Shown here: piece by piece, positions 22,025 through 33,269 of the stretch
How the letters are laid out: each line of letters begins with the position of its first letter
Position numbering within the stretch: position 1 is the first letter of the stretch
NCBI GenBank assembly: GCA_963719035.1
Contig: CAVRAO010000012.1
Span: 96,001-160,000 of the forward strand
Source: Methanobacteriota archaeon
Lineage (GTDB): Archaea > Halobacteriota > Bog-38 > Methanoflorentales > Methanoflorentaceae
Length of the DNA stretch: 64,000 bases
Reading direction: 5' to 3'
The notes under the pieces: model-generated
The model's input: the letters and a program-made list of their open reading frames with translations, nothing else
Database searches by the model: none
Told to the model about the DNA's origin: nothing
Program-made: the position numbers and the translations under genes

Positions 22025-24860
22025 TTATGCTAGGAACTTTTTCTGCAGATCGCGCGACAAATGCAGCTCCATCTTGAGCCCCAGCTCGCGACAAATGGCC
22101 TCCTGTTCCCCGAAGAGCTGTTTCGCGCCCTCCCGGTCGCCTTTTATGGCCCTAATGACAGCCTGATCGCCCAGGCATCGCTGCAGCTCTCTCTTCTGCC
22201 CCATGGCCAGGAACATGCCTTCGGCCTCTTTACAAAGCGCCATAGCCTCGTCCAGCCGTCCCCGCTGCAGCAAGACCCTGGCCTGCCCGTTCAACCCCAT
22301 GGCCAATCCATAGTAAAAGCCTCGCTCCCGGGAGAGCTTAATTACCTCGTCGAACAAGGCCGCCGCCTCGTCCAGCCGGCCGAATGTCTGGAGCGTGTCC
22401 CCACGGAAGACCATGGCATTGAGGTACGGCTCTTGCTCGCCGAACTCGCAGGCTATCTGTTCGGCCTTGCTGTATTTCTCGATCGCACCCGCGCCATCAC
22501 CTGAGAATAGCAGGGCGTAGCCTTCCATGATCCGGCACCAGATCAGCTCCTCCCTCAGCCCGTGTTCCCGATCGATCTGTTCCGCCTCTTTGATCAGTTT
22601 CATGACTTGGCCTATGTCAAACGTGAGGCTCATGGTAGCCATCGCCTGCCAGACTAGCGCCTTACTGACGTGGGGCATGTCACCAGCTCCGAGGGCGATC
22701 TGGTGCATATCCAGGAGGACGGGCATCGCGGTGGCCATATCGCCCGTCACCGTGAGGATAAGACCCTGGAGGTACAGGGCCTTTAAGAGACCAGCGTCGT
22801 CGCCGAGCTTCCGGCAGATGGCCTCCTGCTCCCGGGCCAGTTGCATGGGCCGTTCCCAGTCGGCCTTGGCCAGTAGGGCGTAAGCATAGCTGCTCAACGA
22901 TAAAGAAAGGCTGTGCAAGTCTCCGTTGCTGCGGAATAGGTCTGTCGTGAACTCCAAGACACGTACGGCTTCGGCGAAGGGCCCTCGCACGGCTAGGATG
23001 CTGGCGACCGCCAGCATGCCCTTGCCGTTGGCCGCGTTTGCCGCTAGGTCGAGCCGACCGAAGATGTCCCCGATCTTCAGGTTAGTTTTACTCTCGATCA
23101 GGGCGAAGTTCGCCAGCAGTTTGAACTGGTCGGCCTCCCAGGCGGCGCCGATGAAGTCCAGGTCCGCGAGCAGCGCTTCCAGCTTGTGAACCCCCCGCCA
23201 TGGTTAGGTGTACCGGCAGGTATGATAGTAAATAGGGCGACCATTTCCCCGCCTTATAGTCTGTCCACCCGCTTTCGGCCAGGATCCGGTGGCCTTCCTC
23301 GACACTAACAAAATAAGGGTCCTGCTTGCCCTCGTCAGTGAGCCAGTCGGTCACCGACCGGTGGAACGGAGTGATGCCCCGGTCGAAGTTGAACAGCGGG
23401 CTAAGCAGCTGGCGGAACTTCCGCTCCTCGTGGACGCTCCAGCCAAAGACTGCGGCCAGCTGTTTCAGGCTCAACGGCTCCTGGGCGGCCGCCACCACTT
23501 CCAGCGCGGGACGAGCCCGGGCATCCCACTCGCTGACGTCCGGGAACTGCCGCTCGAACAGGTCTAAATAGGCGCCGCCCAGCCCCTTTGGGAACTTGTC
23601 GAGTCTATCTAAGGATAGCCGGCCGCTCCTGAGCTCGGCCACGACCCAGGTGGCGTAGAGGAACAGGCCGCCTGTCTTTTCGGCGATGCGATCAGCGATG
23701 TCCGGGGCGACCGACGGCGGGAGCTCCCGGGCCAAATAGGCCTTGATGTCCTTCTCGTTCCTCGGATCGGAGATGTCCAACGTGTAGTGGGAGTACGCCT
23801 GCAGGGGCGCTAACACCTCGGGCGTGGGGCGGCTGGTGATGATCAGCCGGAGCCATCCCGGCGTTTTTTCGAACCCGGAGGCGATGAAGCTGGCGAGCTC
23901 GTTACGGCCACCTGCCGTGGCCTCGTCGAGGGCGTCGATAAGGATAACCATCTTGCGTTGCTGTGCTGGGTAGTTCGCGGCCAGCGGTTGGACAATGAGG
24001 TGGTCAAATAGTGTTTTAGCGTCCTGGCCCTCAAGTTCGTCCAGCTTGACCCGGCGCAGCCGCATCTCATAGTCTGGCAGCTGCGTGCTCAACTGGTAGG
24101 CGATCGACATGACCGCCCGGCGAGGATCACGTTTTTGCACATTATCATAGCTGCAAAAGTGGAAGGCTGCGATCTCCGGGCGTCGAACAGTTAGGTAGGA
24201 GGATATGGCCGTCTTCCCCACGCCCGGGCCCCCGGATATCCAGAAGATACGCGAAGCGTCAGGGTCCTCAAGCCACTGGTCGACCTCCTCAAAAACCCAC
24301 CCACGACCTATGAACCTGTCAAAGTTGTACCTCACCTCGGAATCGAACGATAATGGTTTTAAAACGTTGAAAAGATGCGAATGGTAGCCTTCAAAATCGA
24401 GCATATCACGCTCAAGGGCTTCGAGGAGCTGCCGCTGGAACGTCACCCCATACTTTTCCTTTCGTTCTTCCAGCGGTAAGCAGTCCTGCATATCCACCCA
24501 TTGGATACGACAGATGCTCAAAGGCGGCTCACACCACACGAGCATTATGGGGATTATTTTAAGGTTCTTCGTCAGCGCCCTGGCAAGCTCGTTCAGGCAA
24601 AACCCACCCGGGCGCCGCACCGAATGGGGAGTCATGATCAAAATGACACGACCATTACTGTCCCTGGCGGCCCAATTCAGCCCATCCTCAATATAACTCT
24701 CCCAGTCGACCCCCGGCTTGAGCCGGTCGAGGTCGAACCAGACCTCGTGGCCCCGGGTTAACAGGTCCTCCTTCAGTTTCAAGGCAAGACCAACGTGTTC
24801 GTCGTGACCATAACTGATAAAGATGCGCAGACGAGAATTGCTTGACGCACGGGCGGCCAT
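22025..24860 (-). CDS. TIR-NACHT-TPR STAND (NLR-like) protein with a single frameshift in the C6/G6 run at 23191-23196
   Basis: IFISYGH and FCLNEL (TIR with catalytic Glu), GGPGVGKT Walker A, IDALDEA Walker B; after the shift reads HKLEALLADLDF into TPR repeats. Confidence 0.85.
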
Positions 24861-25209
24861 AAATCTATCCCCATTAAATATCAAGTGAAATGCTAGCTGT
24901 ATCTATCTTCACACTAAATTTATATATAACAGCCGTGGTTTTTAGCAGAGAGTAAAAAGATGCCTAACTGAGGTTAGTGAAGGCGAAAAACACGAGATCC
25001 ATTCTCTAAATCAACTGCAGGTTTTTTTATGCTGCCCGTTTCGCGAAACCACGACGTAAGTCTATTGATTGTTGGTCACGCTGCGAACTAAGAGCGAATA
25101 AAACTGCAAAAGATATTAACAAAAACATGTGATAACTTAAGAGCGATTGTCATTCGGTATTTGCCCGAAACTATAGCAGCGCACATTACAAGTTCACGTC
25201 CATAAGAAA

Positions 25210-26841
25210 GTGCCGGTGTTTGCGATGGAAGAGAAGCCACAGTTCAAATGGGGAGTCGTCGTAGTTGCGTGCATCGCCATCTTCATCATCGTTCTCGATA
25301 GCTCCGCCATGAACGTGGCCATATCGGCAGTGGTAGTAGACTTAAACACTGATTTGAGCACGATCCAGGCTTTAATCGCTATATACGCATTAACGATGGC
25401 CTCCCTCATGCTTACCGGCAGCAAGTTGCAGGGCGTTTTGGGGAGAAAGAAGACCTTTTTTGTCGGCCTCATCATATATGCCTGCGGAACGACGACGGCC
25501 ACACTGAGCGTTAACGTCCTCATGCTTCTCATCGGCTGGTCACTCCTCGAAGGCATCGGGGCCGCTCTGATGTTCCCCGCGACGACCACCATGGTCAGTG
25601 CGGCGTACGAGGGCAAAGACCGGCTGACGGCATTTGGCATCTGGGGAGGCATCGCCGCCATGGGAGCTGCTATCGGCCCCCTCTACGGAGGGGCTCTCAC
25701 TTCCTTCGCCACTTGGCGGTTGATCTTTGCGTTCGAACTGTTCGGGGTCCTCGCTGTAATCCTGATGAGATCGTACCTGCGTGAATCCACGCCATCACTT
25801 GGGTGGCGCGACATAGACCTTGGAGGCGTCGTGCTCTCAGTCACCGCGCTTTTCTGTCTTGTATTTGGCATTTTGCTCCTCGGGTCTCCACAGTACTGGC
25901 AGTTGGTGCCGTTGTTCATAATCGTCGGCCTCATCCTTTTTGCCGCGTTCCTTCTATGGCAGAGGCGGCGCATTAACCACCACGCGGAGCCGTTGTTCGA
26001 TATCTCGGTGCTTAAAAACCGGCTCTATGTCTTGGGCAGCGCGACGTCGGCGATCCAGCAAGTCGCCTTCGGCGGCGTGCTGTTTATCCTCCCTGTATTT
26101 CTACTGCAAGTCACGCGCGTGAGCGCCTTTACGACCGGCGTCGCATTGCTCCCGATGTCGATCGCAATTTTCGTGCTCTCGGTCACAGGGGGCAGACTCA
26201 CATCCATTGTATCGCCTAAGGTCGTCTCCCTCATCGGATTTCTGATTGCCGCTGCAGGTGCGTACCTCTTGCGCGACGTCTTCAGCCAGAGCACTCAGCC
26301 TGTCGACATCATCCCTGGCACGGTGATATTCGGCATCGGAGTGGGGTTGCTGCTGTCTCAGTTGACCAATCTCACCATGTCCGCGGCGCGGAAAGACCAA
26401 GAGATCGACGCCTCAGGATTTCTCAACACGGCAAAGAACTTGGGCTACTCTGTAGGCACAGCGCTCATCGGCGCTATCCTCCTCGTAGGAATCTTTAACG
26501 GGCTCGTTGCAGGGATCAGCACGTCCACGCTGGTGAATAACACAACGACCCAAGAGCAGATACAACAGAATCTGTACGCGTACGCCCAAAATATGCAGAC
26601 AAGCGCGCCGCCCAATATCCCCCAGAGTCTCATTCCCGAAGCGCAGCGCATCCTCGACAGCACGATCAGCTCGGCAATGCACCTCACGTTCGTCTCACTT
26701 ACTTTGATTCTGCTCCTTGGCTTTGTAATAACCGCTCTTCCTGCCTCGGTCAGCGAAATAGGGCTTGAAGCCCTTGCTGATGTACATGTCACTCTCGACG
26801 TTTCACTTTTGAAACGCAAGATCAGTCACAACATAGATTGA
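25210..26841 (+). CDS. MFS DHA2 (EmrB/QacA-like) transporter
   Basis: LDSSAMNVAI, GSKLQGVLGRKK and AAIGPLYGG motifs; about 14 TMs. Confidence 0.88.
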   Translation: MPVFAMEEKPQFKWGVVVVACIAIFIIVLDSSAMNVAISAVVVDLNTDLSTIQALIAIYALTMASLMLTGSKLQGVLGRKKTFFVGLIIYACGTTTATLSVNVLMLLIGWSLLEGIGAALMFPATTTMVSAAYEGKDRLTAFGIWGGIAAMGAAIGPLYGGALTSFATWRLIFAFELFGVLAVILMRSYLRESTPSLGWRDIDLGGVVLSVTALFCLVFGILLLGSPQYWQLVPLFIIVGLILFAAFLLWQRRRINHHAEPLFDISVLKNRLYVLGSATSAIQQVAFGGVLFILPVFLLQVTRVSAFTTGVALLPMSIAIFVLSVTGGRLTSIVSPKVVSLIGFLIAAAGAYLLRDVFSQSTQPVDIIPGTVIFGIGVGLLLSQLTNLTMSAARKDQEIDASGFLNTAKNLGYSVGTALIGAILLVGIFNGLVAGISTSTLVNNTTTQEQIQQNLYAYAQNMQTSAPPNIPQSLIPEAQRILDSTISSAMHLTFVSLTLILLLGFVITALPASVSEIGLEALADVHVTLDVSLLKRKISHNID

Positions 26842-26991
26842 GGGGACGCTTAGCAGTTTTTAGTTTAACACCGTGCACTTCGGTTTAGACTGCTGCCACA
26901 AAAGCGTTTCACGCTAAGTATCTGAACCTCGTAAGGACAAGATAGCTGACTTTATTTCGCAAGACTAAAGTAGCTGTTTGTTTAACGCAAT

Positions 26992-27411
26992 TTGATGGGA
27001 AACGAACCACCTAAGGGCTCTAAGCGAATAGTGCGGGTCTTTGAAGCTTCTGAGCTAGTGCTTTACAGTGCTGTAGCCGTTTTGCTCATCGTTATTGCGA
27101 TCATCTCGCTTGTAGTCGAGGTATCGAACATTAGCACTTATGTGACTAGTGCTTCACCGATACTTGGACTGCAAGAGCTATTCGTCACCATCATTGTTCT
27201 GGAATTGCTAATGACGGTCGTCGGCTACATTAAGCGAAGATCGATCAACCTCGGGCTATTACTAGGTGTGGGCCTGACTGCCATGATTCGGAAGATCATA
27301 ACGGTTGGGTACTCGTCCACCAATAACCAAGAATTTGCTCTCGTGTTGCTCGCGACGGCTATTCTGGTAGCAGCGATAATATTCGTGGGAGATAGGACAG
27401 TAAAAGCCTGA
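26992..27411 (+). CDS. PsiE-family membrane protein
   Basis: IIVLELL.TV...L.VGLTA.IRKII pattern. Confidence 0.75.
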   Translation: MMGNEPPKGSKRIVRVFEASELVLYSAVAVLLIVIAIISLVVEVSNISTYVTSASPILGLQELFVTIIVLELLMTVVGYIKRRSINLGLLLGVGLTAMIRKIITVGYSSTNNQEFALVLLATAILVAAIIFVGDRTVKA

Positions 27412-27482
27412 ATAGGGCGTCGCTCTCGCTGCGGCAACCGGCCCGCTTAAGGGCACGTTTCTCTGAAATAAAACCTACTTAA

Positions 27483-28886
27483 TTACGATACCGGATGCGA
27501 TTCTCGTGGCGATCGCTGCTTCACTATTGTCTTTGTCTTTGGCGCCAGCAAGGCATCATACGCCCTTTTAACATCTTCAACGAACAAATCCGCCATATCG
27601 CGACTGAAGTTTTGTCTGACGACGACGCGCATGATGGTAATGTCATCAGCATTAGGCGGCAGCGTATAGGCGGGGACGATCCAACCACGCTCACGCAGCT
27701 TAGCCGACAGATCGTGCACTGAGAAGTCGACGGGTTCCTTGAGCTGCAACGTGATAACGGGTAGGGCTTCAGCTGCGTTGAGTATGTCGAAATGCCCTAA
27801 ATCGAGGAGGCGCTGTGTGAGGTACTGTGCGGTTTCGAGCACCGCATGAGCGGCCCTCTCGTACCCCTGCCAGCCGAGTCTGAGCAGGTTGTAGTACTGA
27901 GCGAGCAGCATTCCGCTCCCACGAGAGAAATTGAGCGTATAGCTGGCCATCTCATCGCCGAGGTAGTTGACGTAGAACATAAGCTCTTCAGGCAAGTCGC
28001 TTGTATCGCGGAAGATAAGCCAGCCAAGGCCAGGATACACCAGCCCGTATTTATGAGCGGACACGTTGATGGATTTTACCTGCTCCAGCCTGAAATCCCA
28101 CTTAAACTGCGGTTTGCTAAAGGGCAGGATGAACCCGCCGATGGCGGCATCGACGTGAATGGGGATATCCCACCCACGCGAGCGCTTCACATCGACGAGC
28201 AGGTCGTTAATGTCCTCGATCGGATCGATCTCACCGGTAAACGTCGTTCCCAAGACAACGCCGACACAGATGGTGTTCTCGTCAATGAGTTCAGCAACGG
28301 CCTCTTTCGTGATCGTAAAACGATCCTGCTCGAGCGGAATAACCCGCGGCTCTACGTCGAAGTATTTGGCAAATTTATACCAGCAGATATGCGCATCAGC
28401 ACCAAAGATGACGTTCGGCTTATCATAGGGCCTTCCTTCCGCTTCACAACGTTTCTTCCACGTCCACTTGTGGGCGAGCAGTCCGAGCATTACTGCCTCA
28501 GAGGATCCTACCGTTTCGGTTCCTGCAAATGTCACTAGTTCTGGGGCATTGAAGAGGCGGGCAAGCATGTTAATGCACCGCTTGTGTATCACCTCAGTCT
28601 GCGGATACTCGAACTGATCGGCGAAGTTCTTGTGAATGTTCTCTATGACAAGTTGTGTCGCCTGCGGCTCCATCCAGGTCGTCACAAAGCTTGCAAGATT
28701 GAGGGCCGGATTGCCATCCAAGTTCATCTCGTCGTGCACTAACTGATATGCGCAGTCCGGACGCATGCCAGTTTCAGAAAGCTCATACTTAGGCACTGGC
28801 AACGCGCAAAAGCGTGAGGTGTAAGCCGGCCCGACTACTTTCTCAGGCTCAGTAAGGTTTTCGAGGTCTACTTTGTGGGAGAGCAT
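27483..28886 (-). CDS. gadB: Glutamate decarboxylase (PLP)
   Basis: NLASFVTTWME, GSSEA, HVDAA and SAHKYGLVYPG (PLP Lys) motifs. Confidence 0.93.
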   Translation of the reverse strand: MLSHKVDLENLTEPEKVVGPAYTSRFCALPVPKYELSETGMRPDCAYQLVHDEMNLDGNPALNLASFVTTWMEPQATQLVIENIHKNFADQFEYPQTEVIHKRCINMLARLFNAPELVTFAGTETVGSSEAVMLGLLAHKWTWKKRCEAEGRPYDKPNVIFGADAHICWYKFAKYFDVEPRVIPLEQDRFTITKEAVAELIDENTICVGVVLGTTFTGEIDPIEDINDLLVDVKRSRGWDIPIHVDAAIGGFILPFSKPQFKWDFRLEQVKSINVSAHKYGLVYPGLGWLIFRDTSDLPEELMFYVNYLGDEMASYTLNFSRGSGMLLAQYYNLLRLGWQGYERAAHAVLETAQYLTQRLLDLGHFDILNAAEALPVITLQLKEPVDFSVHDLSAKLRERGWIVPAYTLPPNADDITIMRVVVRQNFSRDMADLFVEDVKRAYDALLAPKTKTIVKQRSPRESHPVS

Positions 28887-29131
28887 AGCATAAAGAGAGC
28901 TAGAATCGGTAAATAGTTGTCGAACTCCACCACAGAAACGATTTGACCAAAAACCGCCTATGAAAGCTGCTCTTAGCGAGTTCTGCCCTCAATTCTTCCT
29001 GCGTTGCCTGCTCGTAAACACCGTCTTGTTGCACGGCAGGTATTTTGCGTTATAGACCACAAAATACACTGATTCAGGCACGTGCGCTCCAGTTGTATCA
29101 GAGTATATATATTAAGCGCTGCAGAGGTTAG

Positions 29132-29593
29132 ATGATGGATAGAGGGCGCGCCTTTGTTGTTTGCTTGATGCCCGCGCTGCTAACGTTCACCATTGTCATG
29201 GCCGGATGCACGTCAAGCGTCAATAACAATAACACCTCGACTGTGTTAACAGAAACGAGTGAAAATGTGTCGATGACCACAACAACGAACGCTACAAACG
29301 TAACGCACGCGGAGCCTATGACCGCGGCACAGGGGCAAAATTTTACTATAACGCTCCGTTCAAATCCTTCTACGGGGTACCACTGGGAACCGCAGTTCGA
29401 CAGCACAGCACTTTCGCTGACGGACAGTGCGTTTGTGAGCGATCCGAACCCGCATAATCTGGTTGGAGTGCCTGGATCTCAGGTTTTTACGTTTCAAGGC
29501 CTTACGAAAGGAACGACGACAATCACGTTCAATAACGTTAGTCCGGCACAGATTATTACTGAACAGACGGTTTATGCGGTGACGGTCACGTGA
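29132..29593 (+). CDS. Chagasin/I42 cysteine-protease inhibitor lipoprotein
   Basis: MAGC lipobox; SNPSTGYHW and LVGVPG motifs. Confidence 0.85.
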   Translation: MMDRGRAFVVCLMPALLTFTIVMAGCTSSVNNNNTSTVLTETSENVSMTTTTNATNVTHAEPMTAAQGQNFTITLRSNPSTGYHWEPQFDSTALSLTDSAFVSDPNPHNLVGVPGSQVFTFQGLTKGTTTITFNNVSPAQIITEQTVYAVTVT

Positions 29594-29631
29594 AGCGGCG
29601 AAGTGTGAGGGCGCAAAACTAGCGAAATCTT

Positions 29632-31566
29632 ATGTCATACGTTATGCTAACACCGTCCAACGGGAGTTTATCACCAAACGCAGAAAGACGCAACGAGGTT
29701 TACTGAAGCAGCCAATAAAGCACTGCTGAACGAACTGAGCTGGGACGACACCCAGGATTTTGAATTTGCCAGCCGTGGCTTCATTGCCAGCTTGCACGAG
29801 CTGGTAATCACGCGACGCCAACGGTCGGCTGGTCTGGGATTTGAATGCGTACCCTTTCCTTGAAGAGGAAGCAGCCCCGCCGTCGGTTAACCCCAGCCTG
29901 TGGCGGCAATCGCGCTGAAGGCGCTCTACCACGGCCTGTTCAAGTCACCGAGGGTGTCTATCAGATTCGCGGCTTTGATTTATCGGTGATGAGCATCATC
30001 GAAACCGACACCGGTTATATTGTCGTGACCGCTGATTTCAGCCGAAACCGCCAGGGCTGGCATGGAGTTGGTATACCAGCATGTAGGCCAAAAACCGATT
30101 GTGGCTGTTATTTACACCATAGCCATATTGACCACTGGGGCGGCGTCAAGGGCGTTATCTCCGAAGCCGACGTCAACGCCGGCAAAGTCAAAGTGATTGC
30201 CCCGGAGCATTTCTTGGAACATGCTATCAGCGAAAACATCATCGCCGGCAACGTGATGAGCCGCCGCGCAACCTATATGTACGGCAACCTGCTGCCCAAA
30301 GACGTCGAAAGGGCAGGTGGGCGCCGGGTTGGGGCAAACGACATCATCGGGGTTGGTCACCCTGATCGAGCCGACCGACTACCATCACCGAAACCGGCCA
30401 AGATATGACGGTTGACGGCCTGGAAATAGAGTTTCAGCTGACCCCAATACCGAAGCCCCGGCAGAGATGAACTTCCTCTTCCCCAAATACCGGGCGCTCT
30501 GCATGGCCGAGAACTGCACGCACAACATGCACAACCTCTACACCCTGCGCGGGGCGCAAGTGCGCGACGCAAAGCCTGGGCTTACTACATCGACGAAGCC
30601 ATCGATCTTTCGCTGGCAGGTATGACGTACTATTCGCCAGCCATCACTGGCCCACTTGGGGGACCGACGCCGGTGTTGACTTTCTGAAAAAGCAACGCGA
30701 CATGTACAAATATCTGCATGATGAAACCCTGCGGCTGGCCAACCAGGGGTACACCATGCTGGAAATCTGAGATGATTCAACTGCCGACAGCGTTGTTCCA
30801 GGCGTGGCATAACAGAGGGTATTACGGCAGCATCAACCACAACGTGAAAGCCATTTATCAGCGTTATCTGGGCTTTTTTGACGGTAATCCGGCCAACTTG
30901 CACCCGCTGCCGCCACAAGAGGCCGCCAAGAAGTGATGTCGACTTTATGGGCGGGGCCGAAACGCTGCTGGCTAAAGCCCGCCAATCATTTGCCGAGGGC
31001 GACTATCGCTGGGTAGCTCAGGTGGTAACCATCTGGTGTTTGCCGACCCCGATAACAAGGAAGCGCGCGCTTTGCAGGCCGATGCCCTGGAACAGCTGGG
31101 CTATCAGGCAGAATCCGGCCCGTGGCGCAACTTCTACCTCAGCGGGGCCAAAGAACTGCGCGATGGCGTGATGGATTTGCCAGCTCCACAATCAGGCACT
31201 CCGGATGTTATCAGAGCTACCCCGCTGGACATGTTCTTTGACCTGCTCGCGGTACGACTCGTAGGTCCCAAAGCCGAGCGCAAAGTTATCACCCTCAACA
31301 CAATCTTCACTGACGTTAATGAGCAGTACCTGCTGACGGTTGAAAACGGGGTGCTGAATTACACCAAAGGCAAGCAGGCTGACCAGGCCGATGTCACCCT
31401 GACCACGACCCGCACCGCGTTGAATCAGGTTGTCCTGGGAGGGGCCAAACTAGCCGACAAACTGGCGACGGGTGAAGCTAACATTGAGGGCAGCCAGGAA
31501 AAACTGGTCGAGTTTCTATCGTTGATGGACACCTTTGAATTCTGGTTCAACATTGTTACGCCTTAA
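29632..31566 (+). CDS. Alkyl sulfatase (SdsA1/YjcS/BDS1-type MBL plus SCP2 domain), frameshifted
   Basis: [39 protein letters not shown] and C-terminal FWFNIVTP. Confidence 0.88.
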
Positions 31567-31674
31567 ACGCCAAAACCCGTCCAAAAGAGCTTCAAAACTA
31601 CGTCGAACAGGGGCTAGCACGTTACAGAGAATAGCAATCTGGGCGTGGGACAAACTACGGTATACAAAATGAGT

Positions 31675-32028
31675 TCAACGCTGCCACGCACGAAGTGATT
31701 TGGACAGTGCTGTGGTCTCAGCGACGCTAGCTCCTAGCAGTATTGCAAGAAAGATCTGATCTTCGAGGGCACCGAGACGCTTTGCCCCCTCAACGTGTGT
31801 ATCCAGACAATATTCAGATCCGAGTGCAGCCGCCGCTCCGATCGCGATGAGCTCTTTAGTTAGTCCAGGCAGTGCCTTGTCAGTCGCCAACTGCTCATTT
31901 TTGTAAAAAAAGGCTTTGAATGCCTCTGGGTTTCGCTGGAGTTCTTGATAGATTCGGGGAACAAAGCCATAGTAATTCGTTATTCTTTCCAATATCGTGC
32001 GCACTTCCGCATCATCTTCTTCGTGCAT
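31675..32028 (-). CDS. Carboxymuconolactone decarboxylase/AhpD family protein
   Basis: KELIAIG.AAALGSEYCLDTH motif. Confidence 0.85.
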   Translation of the reverse strand: MHEEDDAEVRTILERITNYYGFVPRIYQELQRNPEAFKAFFYKNEQLATDKALPGLTKELIAIGAAAALGSEYCLDTHVEGAKRLGALEDQIFLAILLGASVAETTALSKSLRAWQR

Positions 32029-32414
32029 CTCAAACCTCTTCAGCTCTCCAACACACCACTTTGGATCCTATTGCTAGTAGTTCGAGAACCTAGCATGCAT
32101 CATCGATAGCACCGTTATAAGGATTACGCACCCAGCGCGTCGGTACCGCGTAAAGCGCCGAATCCGCCAACTGGCTTAGGCTTTTTGAGGGCGCGAATGT
32201 CTGCGAGCTCCTCTTTTCAAGCGGCCACAGAATCGCTGTCCATTCTTAGACGAGCGACTATGTTTTAGAAAGGCACCCGCACTTTGACCTGTGGGTCAAG
32301 AAAAAATACAGATACTGATACATATCTCAGGCCAGGGTTGATCACTTTCACACTGCTCGTCAGTCATTGATAACAAGGCGGACGTTCATTCCGCCAGCTG
32401 GACTAGGTGAAATT

Positions 32415-32621
32415 ATGACTAATAAAGTGCAGCTCTATGCGAGAAGGCGGGAGATGTGCCGTCTTTATGCTCAAAAATCGAACATGACTGAGATTCTTGA
32501 TAAGCTCTCCGCAAAGTACAGCATACCCAAGCGGGCTCTGTGGCAGGACTGGCAAAAGCGCACCGAGTGGGTTTATGACGTCTTGGATCTTGAGCCAGCG
32601 CGAGTCTTACTGCCGGTCTGA
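32415..32621 (+). CDS. Small HTH-like protein, copy 1
   Basis: SD AGGTGA; close paralog of 63614-63811. Confidence 0.55.
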   Translation: MTNKVQLYARRREMCRLYAQKSNMTEILDKLSAKYSIPKRALWQDWQKRTEWVYDVLDLEPARVLLPV

Positions 32622-33269
32622 TTTGTTAGCAGGGGCTTGGACGTGCGTAAGCATACGGTAATGCTACTTGACGTCGGCAAGTTGATCTTTGCATTGCTTG
32701 TTTGTGTCTAATTGCAGCCCGTTATGATTGCTTATTATAAAACGCGAAATTACGTCATACCAATTTTGGAAAAATTGAGATTGAAAAAATTAGATTGGCT
32801 CTATGGGGTATGTGGGGCAAGAAAGACTCTTGTTGATGGTGTGTTTGAAAGCCAAATTTCTTTGTCTTAAAAACATTAGAGCAAACGTTAATTCGCTCCG
32901 TCATTAACAATTGTTGTTTTCTTCTCCACATCACCCATAGAGGGTAAATGACTAAAAGTCACTACTAGAAGTAGTATCTTTCACATAACTTTCGTGGTTT
33001 ATAGCAAAATATTGGTGGAAAATTGTTAAAAAGGACCACAATTGCCCATTTTCTGAGTAGTAGCGTTATATCTGAAAATAGCCGGCAAACAATTTTCAGT
33101 CGCGTCGCTTCGCCGAACCCATTTCGAGGCGCTGCGGTTCTGCCATCAAACGATGATAGTCTTTGTTGTGTGAGCTAGCTTCTTTTTCACACGCTGCTCG
33201 TTTGGTCACATTTGTTTACGGAAAAGTATTAACGCCTCTGGTCTCGAAATCTATTACGAGAGTGTAAGG

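Noticed and set aside
33095-33200. Possible riboswitch upstream of ribA
   Set aside because: Short hairpins only, no FMN-aptamer motifs, and a closer TATA-like box lies downstream of them
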